Shown one piece after another: positions 46,603-55,064 of a stretch of 64,000 nt of DNA. Source of the stretch: Candidatus Binatia bacterium (lineage in GTDB: Bacteria; Desulfobacterota; Binatia; Bin18); assembly GCA_963664395.2 (NCBI GenBank), contig OY761159.2, forward strand, positions 1,536,001 to 1,600,000, in the 5' to 3' direction. Numbering within the stretch: the stretch's first letter is position 1; each line of letters begins with the position of its first letter. Below the pieces are notes generated by a model. It had not been told where the DNA came from, ran no database searches, and worked only from the letters and a program-made list of their open reading frames with translations. Position numbers and translations under genes: made by a program.

Positions 46603-48126
46603 ATGCTTTCTACAGCGATTTCCGGGGCATTGGTTGGCATTGATGGGTTGTTGGTTGAGGTCGAGGTTGATGTGGCGCTGGGTTTACCCCAGTTTACAAC
46701 TGTCGGCCTGCCTGAGGGAGCCGTCCGGGAGAGCAAAGACCGGGTACGCTCTGCCATAAAGAATTCCGGCTACGAATTTCCTGCGCGACGCATTACCGTC
46801 AATCTCGCTCCCGCGGACGTCAAGAAAGAAGGGTCAGCCTACGACCTCCCGATTGCCCTTGGTATTCTTGCGGCTGAGGGCTGGCTCACCAAGGAGCAAC
46901 TCGAATCCCACGCAATTTTAGGCGAACTCTCACTCGACGGCCGAGTCAAGCCTGTCCATGGAGCTTTACCCTTAGCCGTCATGGCAAAGGAAAAAGGGCT
47001 CAAGGGATTGATTGTACCCACAGAAAACGCGGCCGAGGCCGCCGTTGTTGACGGGGTTGCGGTCTTCGGCGTGTCCACCTTGAGTGAGGCGTTTCTGCTC
47101 CTCAACGGCGAGCGGCCCCTCGACTCGACCGTTGTTGACGTCAACGCCCTCTTTACCCAGCACTCCAAGTACGAGGTTGATTTTAACGATGTGAAAGGCC
47201 AAGAGCACGTCAAACGCGCCCTCGAAGTCGCGGCCAGCGGAGGGCATAACCTGCTCTTAGTTGGTCCACCGGGGTCCGGAAAGACCATGCTGGCCAGACG
47301 CCTGCCGGCGGTTCTGCCCACGATGACCCTCACCGAAGCGATTGAAACGACCAAGGTCCACAGCGTTGCCGGCACCCTCAATGGCAGTGCCCTGGTTGCG
47401 ACTCGGCCATTCCGCACCCCGCATCACACCATCTCCGATGCCGGCATGATCGGCGGCGGCAGTGTCCCCAAACCGGGCGAGGTCTCCCTGGCTCATCATG
47501 GCGTGCTCTTTCTGGATGAACTGCCGGAGTTCCGCAAGAACGTCCTCGAAGTCCTCCGCCAGCCCCTGGAGGATGCAAGCGTCACGATTTCACGCGCGAT
47601 GGGGTCAATTACATATCCGGCTGACATCATGCTCGTTGCGGCGATGAATCCGTGCAGTTGCGGGTTTTTCGGGGACCCGCAGCACGAGTGCACCTGCTCT
47701 CCTCAACAAGTCCAACGCTATCGAGCCAAGATTTCCGGCCCCTTGTTGGATCGCATCGATATTCAAGTCGAAGTCCCGGCGGTCAAGTATAAAGAACTGA
47801 GTGACAAAACAACGGGTGAGGATTCGGCGACCATTCGGACACGAGTGAACCAGGCCCGTGAGATTCAGCTCAAACGCTTCTCACAGCGCAATATCTTCTG
47901 TAATGCCCAAATGTCCAGCCGGGATATCCGCACGCATTGTCAGCTCGACGCAGCCGGTGAAAAGCTCCTGGAAAACGCCATGCAACGCCTGGGTCTGAGC
48001 GCCCGCGCCTATACCCGCATTCTCAAAGTCGCCCGCACCATAGCCGACCTCGCCGGCGAGGGGCACATCACCAGTGCCCATATTGCGCAGGCGATCCAGT
48101 ACCGGGCCTTGGACCGGGGTGAGTGA
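46603..48126 (+). CDS. comM: ComM/YifB Mg-chelatase-like ATPase
   Basis: [54 protein letters not shown]. Confidence 0.96.
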   Translation: MLSTAISGALVGIDGLLVEVEVDVALGLPQFTTVGLPEGAVRESKDRVRSAIKNSGYEFPARRITVNLAPADVKKEGSAYDLPIALGILAAEGWLTKEQLESHAILGELSLDGRVKPVHGALPLAVMAKEKGLKGLIVPTENAAEAAVVDGVAVFGVSTLSEAFLLLNGERPLDSTVVDVNALFTQHSKYEVDFNDVKGQEHVKRALEVAASGGHNLLLVGPPGSGKTMLARRLPAVLPTMTLTEAIETTKVHSVAGTLNGSALVATRPFRTPHHTISDAGMIGGGSVPKPGEVSLAHHGVLFLDELPEFRKNVLEVLRQPLEDASVTISRAMGSITYPADIMLVAAMNPCSCGFFGDPQHECTCSPQQVQRYRAKISGPLLDRIDIQVEVPAVKYKELSDKTTGEDSATIRTRVNQAREIQLKRFSQRNIFCNAQMSSRDIRTHCQLDAAGEKLLENAMQRLGLSARAYTRILKVARTIADLAGEGHITSAHIAQAIQYRALDRGE

Positions 48127-48224
48127 GGAAATTCGCTCCCACTATCGGGTGACCGGTGTGGTCGCCAAGAAAGAGTACGGCTTTCCACTCCTACACGCTT
48201 GGTCGCCAAAACTCATAACCCTTG

Positions 48225-48953
48225 TTAATCGTCTTCGGCTTCTCGCACCTTCGACAGGGCGCTGGCAATGAGGCCGGCAGGGGCGGCAACCACGCCCAAC
48301 CCGATCAAGAGGATGATAAAGGTGAAAATCCTTCCACCGAGAGAGATTGGGTACACGTCCCCATAGCCGACCGTTGTCAGTGTCACTACTGCCCACCACA
48401 GGGAATGAAAAATAGAACTGAACGCTTCTGGCTGAATGGGATGCTCGAAGTAGTATATTCCTGCTGCCGCTATGAATAGCAGAATGAGTGTCGTGAAGAA
48501 GAACAGAGTAAATTCTTCTTTGGATTCAGATAGTGCGTTCAGCAATCTGTCCGACGCTCTGTTATAGCGAAAAATCTTTAGTAACCGAAAAATTCGGAGC
48601 AGTCGGAGCGCTCTGAAGGCGCGCAGCACCGCTATCTCAGACCCTAAGAAGAGATCAAGGTAGAAAGGGAGGATCGCTACGAAATCAATTATTCCATAAA
48701 AGTTGAAAGAGTAGTCTCTTTTTCGCTCCGCCAGATAGAACCTTAGAATATATTCAAGAGTAAAAAGCGCCGTAATCACTATTTCAGAAATCCGGAGAAA
48801 CTTTCTCGCGTCTTTGCTTAGGGCGGGTTCTGTTTCATAGACGAGTGTGGCTATTGCGTAGAAGATCAGAACAATTATCGCCCAATCAAAGGCTTTCCCC
48901 TCCCATGTATCAGTACCATTAACGATGGTTCTCAGTCGGACTTTGACACTCAT
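48225..48953 (-). CDS. Voltage-gated potassium channel-like ion transporter
   Basis: S4-like LRAFRALRLLRIFRLLK; filter TTVGYGD. Confidence 0.93.
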   Translation of the reverse strand: MSVKVRLRTIVNGTDTWEGKAFDWAIIVLIFYAIATLVYETEPALSKDARKFLRISEIVITALFTLEYILRFYLAERKRDYSFNFYGIIDFVAILPFYLDLFLGSEIAVLRAFRALRLLRIFRLLKIFRYNRASDRLLNALSESKEEFTLFFFTTLILLFIAAAGIYYFEHPIQPEAFSSIFHSLWWAVVTLTTVGYGDVYPISLGGRIFTFIILLIGLGVVAAPAGLIASALSKVREAEDD

Positions 48954-48979
48954 GTGCTACCTTTATTCCAAGCCGAGCC

Positions 48980-49011
48980 GTAGGTCAGGTTAGCATAGCG
49001 TAAGCTGACCT
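48980..49011. repeat. GTAG-type REP-like palindrome
   Basis: GTAGGTCAGGTTAGCATAGCGTAAGCTGACCT. Confidence 0.65.
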
Positions 49012-49094
49012 CCGAGTGAGCAACGGAAAAGCCCGCAGCTTGACAGGCCCAAGAAAAGCGGGCTATGGCTGTCTTCGTTAAGGAGGGAGAGTCT

Positions 49095-49898
49095 ATGCCG
49101 TACGTCGAAAGGGAAAAGGGAGTTCGGATTCATTACAATCACTATGGACAGGGGTTTCCCCTGGTCTTTTTACACGGTTTTTCTGCCAACGCCTGGCTGT
49201 GGGCGTATCAGGCGCCGGTCCTGGCCCACAAATACCACTGCATTGTCATTGAGGCGCGCGGACACGGGCTGTCCTCCAAGCCGCTCACGGGCTATTCCAT
49301 TCAGGACATGGCGGCCGACGATGCCGCCGCCCTGGCGGCGCTGGGCATCGACCGCGCCATTCTGGTCGGCAACTCGATGGGCGGGATGCGGGCCATGCAG
49401 ATGAGCCTCGACTATCCGCACCTGGTCGCCGGGAATGTCATCATCAGCAGTGCGACCAATCTGCACCAGACCCTGGATACCGCCGAACTGATTGCCAGCT
49501 TCCAGAACGATTACGAGGCCGCCGCGGAAAACTTGGTCGCCCGCTGCTTCTCGACCAAGACGCGGACCGAGCGGCCCGAGGTGTGCCAGATGATTAAGAA
49601 CAACTTCCTGAACGAGGGCGGCTTCCCGCGCCGGGTGGCCCTGGCCTGTCTGGAAGACCCCAGCGGTGTGTGGCAGTGGGATATCTCAGACCGCTTACAA
49701 GAGATTACCCAGCCCACGCTGGTCCTGGTCGGGGAAGAAGATCAGGCGACCCCAGTCGCGGCCAACCGCTTTCTGGCCGAGCGGATTCCTGGGGCCGAAC
49801 TCCGGGTGATCAAAGATGTGGGGCACTGCTACGAGATCGAACGGCCGCTCGAATTTAACCAGGTGCTGGAGGAATTTGTCGCTCGGCACGGACGCTGA
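49095..49898 (+). CDS. Alpha/beta hydrolase
   Basis: VFLHGF, RGHGLS, GNSMGG, GEEDQAT, VGH. Confidence 0.92.
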   Translation: MPYVEREKGVRIHYNHYGQGFPLVFLHGFSANAWLWAYQAPVLAHKYHCIVIEARGHGLSSKPLTGYSIQDMAADDAAALAALGIDRAILVGNSMGGMRAMQMSLDYPHLVAGNVIISSATNLHQTLDTAELIASFQNDYEAAAENLVARCFSTKTRTERPEVCQMIKNNFLNEGGFPRRVALACLEDPSGVWQWDISDRLQEITQPTLVLVGEEDQATPVAANRFLAERIPGAELRVIKDVGHCYEIERPLEFNQVLEEFVARHGR

Positions 49899-49933
49899 GC
49901 CCAACGGGTCGGCGGCAGAGCAAGATACCCAAT

Positions 49934-50341
49934 ATGGCGCTCACACCCGACGACAATTATGGACGCGACGCCTGGGAGTTTTCCTGGCGGGTGCTGGGTC
50001 TGGATACCCTGTCCCAGACCGTTCGCTTTCCCAATACTCGGCTCACAATCATGTTGCGGAATAGTCAGACCGGTCAGTTCCAAGAGCGACGGACGGCTGA
50101 GCTAAAACTTATGGGAGACTCCTATCGATATTACACAGCCACTGACGGGGTAGCGTGTTATGTTGTGGAGGCCCAAGCCCAGGTGTCCTCCCCCGCTCTC
50201 TTTTTTTTACGGCCAGCCTTAGAGGAAGAGAAATTTCCCGCTGAGCGTCCGCTGCGGATTCCTCCCGAGGTTGCCGCCCGCGTCCGCGCGCAAGAGGCCG
50301 CGGGACGGCTGGTGTTTGAGATGAGTGGGGAACGGCGCTGA
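49934..50341 (+). CDS. Hypothetical protein
   Basis: 135-aa ORF filling the gap between genes; no recognised motif. Confidence 0.55.
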   Translation: MALTPDDNYGRDAWEFSWRVLGLDTLSQTVRFPNTRLTIMLRNSQTGQFQERRTAELKLMGDSYRYYTATDGVACYVVEAQAQVSSPALFFLRPALEEEKFPAERPLRIPPEVAARVRAQEAAGRLVFEMSGERR

Positions 50342-50393
50342 GGCGATGGCGGCTTCCGTGACGATTCGGACACACAGAGTCAAACGTCCGGCG

Positions 50394-51767
50394 CTACACA
50401 GACGGGCGTTGCCAGCCGCCAAGATTCGTCTCCAGATACTGGGCGACGGCTAACGCGACATCTTCACGCCAGGGGCGGGCGACGATTTGGACACCAATCG
50501 GTAACCCTTCAGTAGACGTCCCACAGCGCACAACCGCGCCTGGCCAGCCGGTCAGATTGTGGGCGAAAGTATACGTAAAGTCCGGGCCGTCTGGGTCATC
50601 ATGGCGCGTGGCGGGTGTTGCGCTGACAGGACACAGCACCACATCGTAAGGCTCCATAAACGCCAGCATTTCACTCCGGTAGACGTTCCATCGGCTCAGT
50701 TCCTGGGTGAACTCCGTGAGCGATATAGGCTGAGCCTCCTGCATCCACTCCAAGGCGGAGGACAGACGCTCAGTCCCGGCTGCGTGGATGAGCCGCCGTA
50801 TCCAGGCCCCTCCATCGGCAAGATAGAGGCTGCGCCACAGCCGCTCGGCGTCGCTCACACCCTGCGGCCGATCTTCTGTGACCGAGACCCCATGGTCGGC
50901 AAGGACGCTGACCGCGGTACGGACGGTGCTGGTTGTGTCCGGGCTCGGGGATTTGATCCCGTTGTCGGTGTAGAATGCGACCCGTAGATTTCTCACACTC
51001 ACGTCCTGGGGGTCTCCCAGGGGAGCCGGCACGACCGCCGGGTCGTGTCCGTCCGGGCCGGCAATAATGGACAAGGTCAGACTCAGGTCTTCGACCTGGC
51101 GCGCCATGGGGCCAATTTGGGTAAAGGCATCCAGGGCGCCGACCTCAAAGGAAATGGCGTGCCCGGTGCGGGGCACCCGGCCCGAGGTGGGTTTGATACC
51201 GGCAATACCGCAGTAGTGGGACGGCATACGAATGCTGCCGCCCGTGTCGCTCCCCAGATCGAGCGCCGAGCCGCCCGCTGCAAGAATCGCCCCGGCGCCC
51301 CCACTGCTCCCTGCGGGCGACCGCTCCACATCATACGGATTATTTGTCCGGCCATAGACGTCGTTGTTGGTAATCCCCGCCAGGGTGAACTCCGGCGTAT
51401 TTGTTTTACCCAGGATGATGGCTCCCGCGGCACGCAGACGCGCCACCACTGTGGCATCCCGCTTGGGGGTAAAGTCAGCGCGTCCCATCGTCCCCCAGGT
51501 ACTGACCATGTCGGCTGTGTCTAACGAATCCTTGAGCGTGATGGGGACACCGTGCAGCCGGCCAACGCTAGCTCCGCGTGAGACGGCTTCGTCAGCCGCA
51601 CGAGCCTGTTGTCGCGCCGCATCAGCCCGAAGCTGTACGACGGCGTTGAGCTTTGGATTGACTGCTTCGAGGCGGGACAGGTGGGCATCCACCACGGCAA
51701 CCGAAGAGACGAGCTTCGTCCGAATAAATCGAGCCAGCGTCGTAGCCGACAATGAGGTCAGTTCCAT
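50394..51767 (-). CDS. Amidase signature family enzyme
   Basis: LHGVPITLKD, GKTNTPEF, GSSGGAG, GSDTGGSIRMP. Confidence 0.95.
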   Translation of the reverse strand: MELTSLSATTLARFIRTKLVSSVAVVDAHLSRLEAVNPKLNAVVQLRADAARQQARAADEAVSRGASVGRLHGVPITLKDSLDTADMVSTWGTMGRADFTPKRDATVVARLRAAGAIILGKTNTPEFTLAGITNNDVYGRTNNPYDVERSPAGSSGGAGAILAAGGSALDLGSDTGGSIRMPSHYCGIAGIKPTSGRVPRTGHAISFEVGALDAFTQIGPMARQVEDLSLTLSIIAGPDGHDPAVVPAPLGDPQDVSVRNLRVAFYTDNGIKSPSPDTTSTVRTAVSVLADHGVSVTEDRPQGVSDAERLWRSLYLADGGAWIRRLIHAAGTERLSSALEWMQEAQPISLTEFTQELSRWNVYRSEMLAFMEPYDVVLCPVSATPATRHDDPDGPDFTYTFAHNLTGWPGAVVRCGTSTEGLPIGVQIVARPWREDVALAVAQYLETNLGGWQRPSV

Positions 51768-51933
51768 GGCGGTCTCCCTCCGTTATAGTCCATACACGTG
51801 GCGGCCTCTCGTTCGTGGGGTAGTGTACGAGAAGTGATTTCTGCTGTCGATGGTGTTATCAGGGTATGGGAGACGAGGAAGGACGGAGGAGAGTCTACCG
51901 GAGCGCAGAGAGTCCCTGCGAAGCGAGGAAAAA

Positions 51934-52128
51934 ATGAGCAATCGTGACCGTGAGATTCGGGACATGCTGGACCGGGCGTGGCGGCAAGAAGAACAAAAGC
52001 AGCGTGTCTTTCTGACTCTCTCAGAAAACGATATGCGCCTGCTTGAGGACTACTATGCGGCCGGCCTGCCGTATGGCAATACCCCAGAAGGCTTTAATCA
52101 GTGGTTGGAAGAGCTAGACTCCGTGTAG
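51934..52128 (+). CDS. Small hypothetical protein
   Basis: GAGG SD, 64-aa ORF ending before a hairpin. Confidence 0.5.
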   Translation: MSNRDREIRDMLDRAWRQEEQKQRVFLTLSENDMRLLEDYYAAGLPYGNTPEGFNQWLEELDSV

Positions 52129-52144
52129 CGCTTGCAAGCGTTTG

Positions 52145-52172
52145 AAAAAATGGGGGCTCCACAGGAGCCCCC
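52145..52172 (-). terminator. Intrinsic terminator of hsp20
   Basis: GGGGGCTCC-ACA-GGAGCCCCC with a T-run on the minus strand. Confidence 0.75.
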
Positions 52173-52200
52173 GTTGCGGGGAGAGAAAGGAAAGAGGTAA

Positions 52201-52692
52201 TCAGGCTGAGGCTACATCTGTCGCAACTTCAGTTTTCACCTCAACCGTAATACGTTTCGGCTTGACCTCTGCCGGGAATGGCACCACGACTTCGAGCGTG
52301 CCGTTCTTTGCACTCGCTTCGATCTTCTCCGCATCTATGCCCTTGGGCAGAATAAACGACCGGGCAAACGAGCCGTACGAACGCTCTTTGTGGAAGTATC
52401 CACCGTCCTTCCCTGCGTGCTCTGCCTTACGTTCTCCCTTGACCGTCAGGCGGTTGCCGTCGAGTGCAATCTCAACATCCTTGGGATCCACTCCGGGCAA
52501 ATCCGCTTTGATATGCAGCGTGTTGTCGTCCATATAACTGTCAATCCTGAACGACGCTTCCGAAGGCACTCCCGGCCGCACTGCGGGCCCACTGCGGGAA
52601 AAGAAAAGATCGTTCATAACAGACTCCAGGTCATTTCTCCATGGATTCATCGCTCCAAACGGTGCGCGCCTTACACTCAGTTCTCGTCTCAT
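52201..52692 (-). CDS. Hsp20/alpha-crystallin small heat shock protein
   Basis: ADLPGVDPKDV, LTVKGER, ERSYGSFARSF, NGTLEV. Confidence 0.95.
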   Translation of the reverse strand: MRRELSVRRAPFGAMNPWRNDLESVMNDLFFSRSGPAVRPGVPSEASFRIDSYMDDNTLHIKADLPGVDPKDVEIALDGNRLTVKGERKAEHAGKDGGYFHKERSYGSFARSFILPKGIDAEKIEASAKNGTLEVVVPFPAEVKPKRITVEVKTEVATDVASA

Positions 52693-52737
52693 CGTATTGA
52701 CCTCCTCTGGGTTCGGGTTCCTGTCTGACACAACACA

Positions 52738-52791
52738 AATCTAAGGACGACCGACTCCGAGTCAAGGGGTCATAATAAAAATTTTGACTCG
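52738..52791 (-). promoter_or_regulatory. Candidate hsp20 promoter with overlapping inverted repeat
   Basis: TTGACT-N16-TAGATT on the minus strand; CGAGTCAA-N18-TTGACTCG. Confidence 0.45.
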
Positions 52792-52835
52792 TTTGGAAAA
52801 AGACAATCTCCTCTTCCCGCCACTATGGGTGCGGC

Positions 52836-53603
52836 TTAGCGGCGGCCCGACTTCTTCAGCACCCGCACCACCGTTCGCGTACCTCCAGACTGTTGGATAT
52901 GCACGGAGAGTGGCCGGCCACGTGACGCAGAGACTTGCGCATAGACGGCCGTTGAGTGAATGGATTTATGCCCCAAATGCGCCTGTACCTCCTCTAGCGC
53001 GTGTCCGGCCTCGAGAAGATGGGTGGCCACCGAATGGCGTAAACAGTGGCTGTGGCGTTTAGACGGCGGCAGCTTGGCGTGCGCCGCATACATGCGAAAG
53101 AGCCGGTCAATACGCTGACGGCTGACCGGACGTGCATTCCGTGACGGAAAGAGATAGGGCAGGGCATCACTCCGAGTTTGTATATAATCGCGCAGCAGAC
53201 GCAGATACTCTGCGGTCATCGTTTTCTCTCCGGCGACACCACCCTTGAGGCGTGGGATATGAATCCGGCGGGTGTGAAAATCGACGTGCTCGCGCAGTAA
53301 GAGGCCAACCTCAGAGGTACGCAGTCCGAAATAATACATGGCGGCAAACAGCGCACGATCGCGCTCGTCTGTGATCTGGGCAAAGAACCGCTCGACCTCC
53401 CGACGAGTCAGCGTCACATATTTCTCGCGGGACTCCCGCTGCCGGGGTTCTGCATCGCGCAGTGTGGCTTGCTCTTGGCGTGTGACTTCAGCCTGGAGTT
53501 CTCGGAGATAACGGGCGACACTTTTTCCCTGTCGGGCGGCCTGCTGCGCGGCAAGCTGAAGGAGTTTTTCCTGTTGGCCGGATTGGTTTGAATCGTCTTT
53601 CAC
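52836..53603 (-). CDS. FimB/FimE-like tyrosine recombinase
   Basis: GLRTSE (R), RLKGG (K), HCLRH, LGHKS, TAVY; catalytic domain only, no core-binding domain. Confidence 0.9.
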   Translation of the reverse strand: MKDDSNQSGQQEKLLQLAAQQAARQGKSVARYLRELQAEVTRQEQATLRDAEPRQRESREKYVTLTRREVERFFAQITDERDRALFAAMYYFGLRTSEVGLLLREHVDFHTRRIHIPRLKGGVAGEKTMTAEYLRLLRDYIQTRSDALPYLFPSRNARPVSRQRIDRLFRMYAAHAKLPPSKRHSHCLRHSVATHLLEAGHALEEVQAHLGHKSIHSTAVYAQVSASRGRPLSVHIQQSGGTRTVVRVLKKSGRR

Positions 53604-53641
53604 AGGAGCTTCTCTGCTTAGAGTACTGGTGGGGAGCCGGA

Positions 53642-54283
53642 CTACGGAATCCCGAGCAGCTTATGCGTTTGCAGGCTGAGTCGCCAGCGCGGATGGGTGA
53701 GACAGTACTCCAGGCACGTGTGGGTATTGCGCTCCCGATCAGGACCATCCAGCGGTTGCAGGAAAAACTCCTGAAAATCGAGTCGGGCAAACAGCTCCGG
53801 CTCCGCACCGGACTGGGGAAAAACGAGTTTGAGTTCCCCGCCATGCGTGAGAACGAGTGTCGAGCCAGCTTTGGGACTGACACAGATCCAATCGATACCA
53901 GGTGGAGGCAGCAGTGTGCCATTTGTCTCAATGGCGATTTCAAAACCTTCTGCATGCAGGGCGTCAACAAGCGCAGCATCAAGCTGGAGCAATGGTTCGC
54001 CGCCGGTACACACCACAAACGGAACACCTTGAGGGGACCGCCGGGTCGGCCAGGTGGCAGCGACAGCCACCGCCAGCTCACGGGCGGACGCGAAACGCCC
54101 GCCCCCGGAGCCGTTCGTACCAACGAAATCGGTATCGCAGAACTGACAGACAGCCGTAGCGCGGTCCTTTTCCAGTCCGGACCATAAATTACATCCGGCA
54201 AAACGACAGAATACCGCCGGTCGGCCGGTATACGTCCCCTCGCCTTGGAGTGTGTAAAAAATTTCTTTGACTGTGTAGCTCAT
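53642..54283 (-). CDS. queE: 7-carboxy-7-deazaguanine synthase (radical SAM, Cx14CxxC type)
   Basis: KEIFYTLQGEG, RFAGCNLW...VCQFCDT, TGGEPLLQ, ETNGT, SLQTHK. Confidence 0.95.
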   Translation of the reverse strand: MSYTVKEIFYTLQGEGTYTGRPAVFCRFAGCNLWSGLEKDRATAVCQFCDTDFVGTNGSGGGRFASARELAVAVAATWPTRRSPQGVPFVVCTGGEPLLQLDAALVDALHAEGFEIAIETNGTLLPPPGIDWICVSPKAGSTLVLTHGGELKLVFPQSGAEPELFARLDFQEFFLQPLDGPDRERNTHTCLEYCLTHPRWRLSLQTHKLLGIP

Positions 54284-54369
54284 GCAAAAAGAAAAGGACG
54301 CCAAAGACGTCCCATGTCGGACCTGGAAGAGGAGAAAAGAAAGGGAAAGTATCCGCGGACACAAGACCC

Positions 54370-54714
54370 TTAGGCTGACTGTTTCTTCCGGGCAACCTTC
54401 TTCGGTGCGGTTTTCTTCGCTACGGCCGTCTTTGCCGGGCCGAGAATGGACTCCTTAAACACTTTTGCCGGGGTGAAGGCGACTTTTTTTCGAGCCGAAA
54501 TTTTAATAGCTTCCCCTGTCTGCGGGTTGCGTCCCATTCGGGCCTTCAACTGGCGGAGCCGAAATGTTCCCAGGTTGGGAATTTTTAGCTCTTTGTCTTT
54601 TTTGACCGTTTTTGTAATAAACTCCACAAAGGAATCCAGCTTGTCGGCCGCCCCGCGGTTTGAGGTTTCTCCCCATGTCTCAGCCAGTTTTTTCACCATC
54701 TCGGTCTTCGTCAT
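54370..54714 (-). CDS. HU family DNA-binding protein with basic tail
   Basis: MTKTEM, LGTF, ARMGRNPQTGE, FTPAKVFK. Confidence 0.93.
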   Translation of the reverse strand: MTKTEMVKKLAETWGETSNRGAADKLDSFVEFITKTVKKDKELKIPNLGTFRLRQLKARMGRNPQTGEAIKISARKKVAFTPAKVFKESILGPAKTAVAKKTAPKKVARKKQSA

Positions 54715-55064
54715 GCTACTAACCTCCTCACCCGATTGGGTTCTACACTACATCCCACACCAGAAGTCGAGAGGTCTTGCCACGAAGAGCCTCCGACTCA
54801 CCATTTGCTTATTGACTTCTCTCTACCAAGTCATTTCCTGTGCCCTGGTCCTCCTCTCATCCTTCTTCCACAATCGCGGCGTGAGACGTCCGGCTCCAAG
54901 CAGAAACGAGAGAAATGTGTCTGGCCCGGATCAAGAGATATCTCTTCAACTCATCCACACGACGTACTAGTCTGCGGTCCTCCCGCCCACTCAGGCTCAG
55001 TTTTTATCCGTCATGCTCGGGAATGTCAATAAAATCAGGCAAAAATCGCAAAAATAGCAAAAAT

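Noticed and set aside
52758-52791. 8-bp inverted repeat as the invertible switch for the FimB-like recombinase
   Set aside because: The 18-bp spacer is far too short for an invertible promoter; a repressor site or opposed -35 boxes is more likely.
53642-54283. queE as part of a 7-deazaguanine DNA modification or defence island
   Set aside because: No dpdA, queC, queD or folE is nearby and the context is housekeeping.
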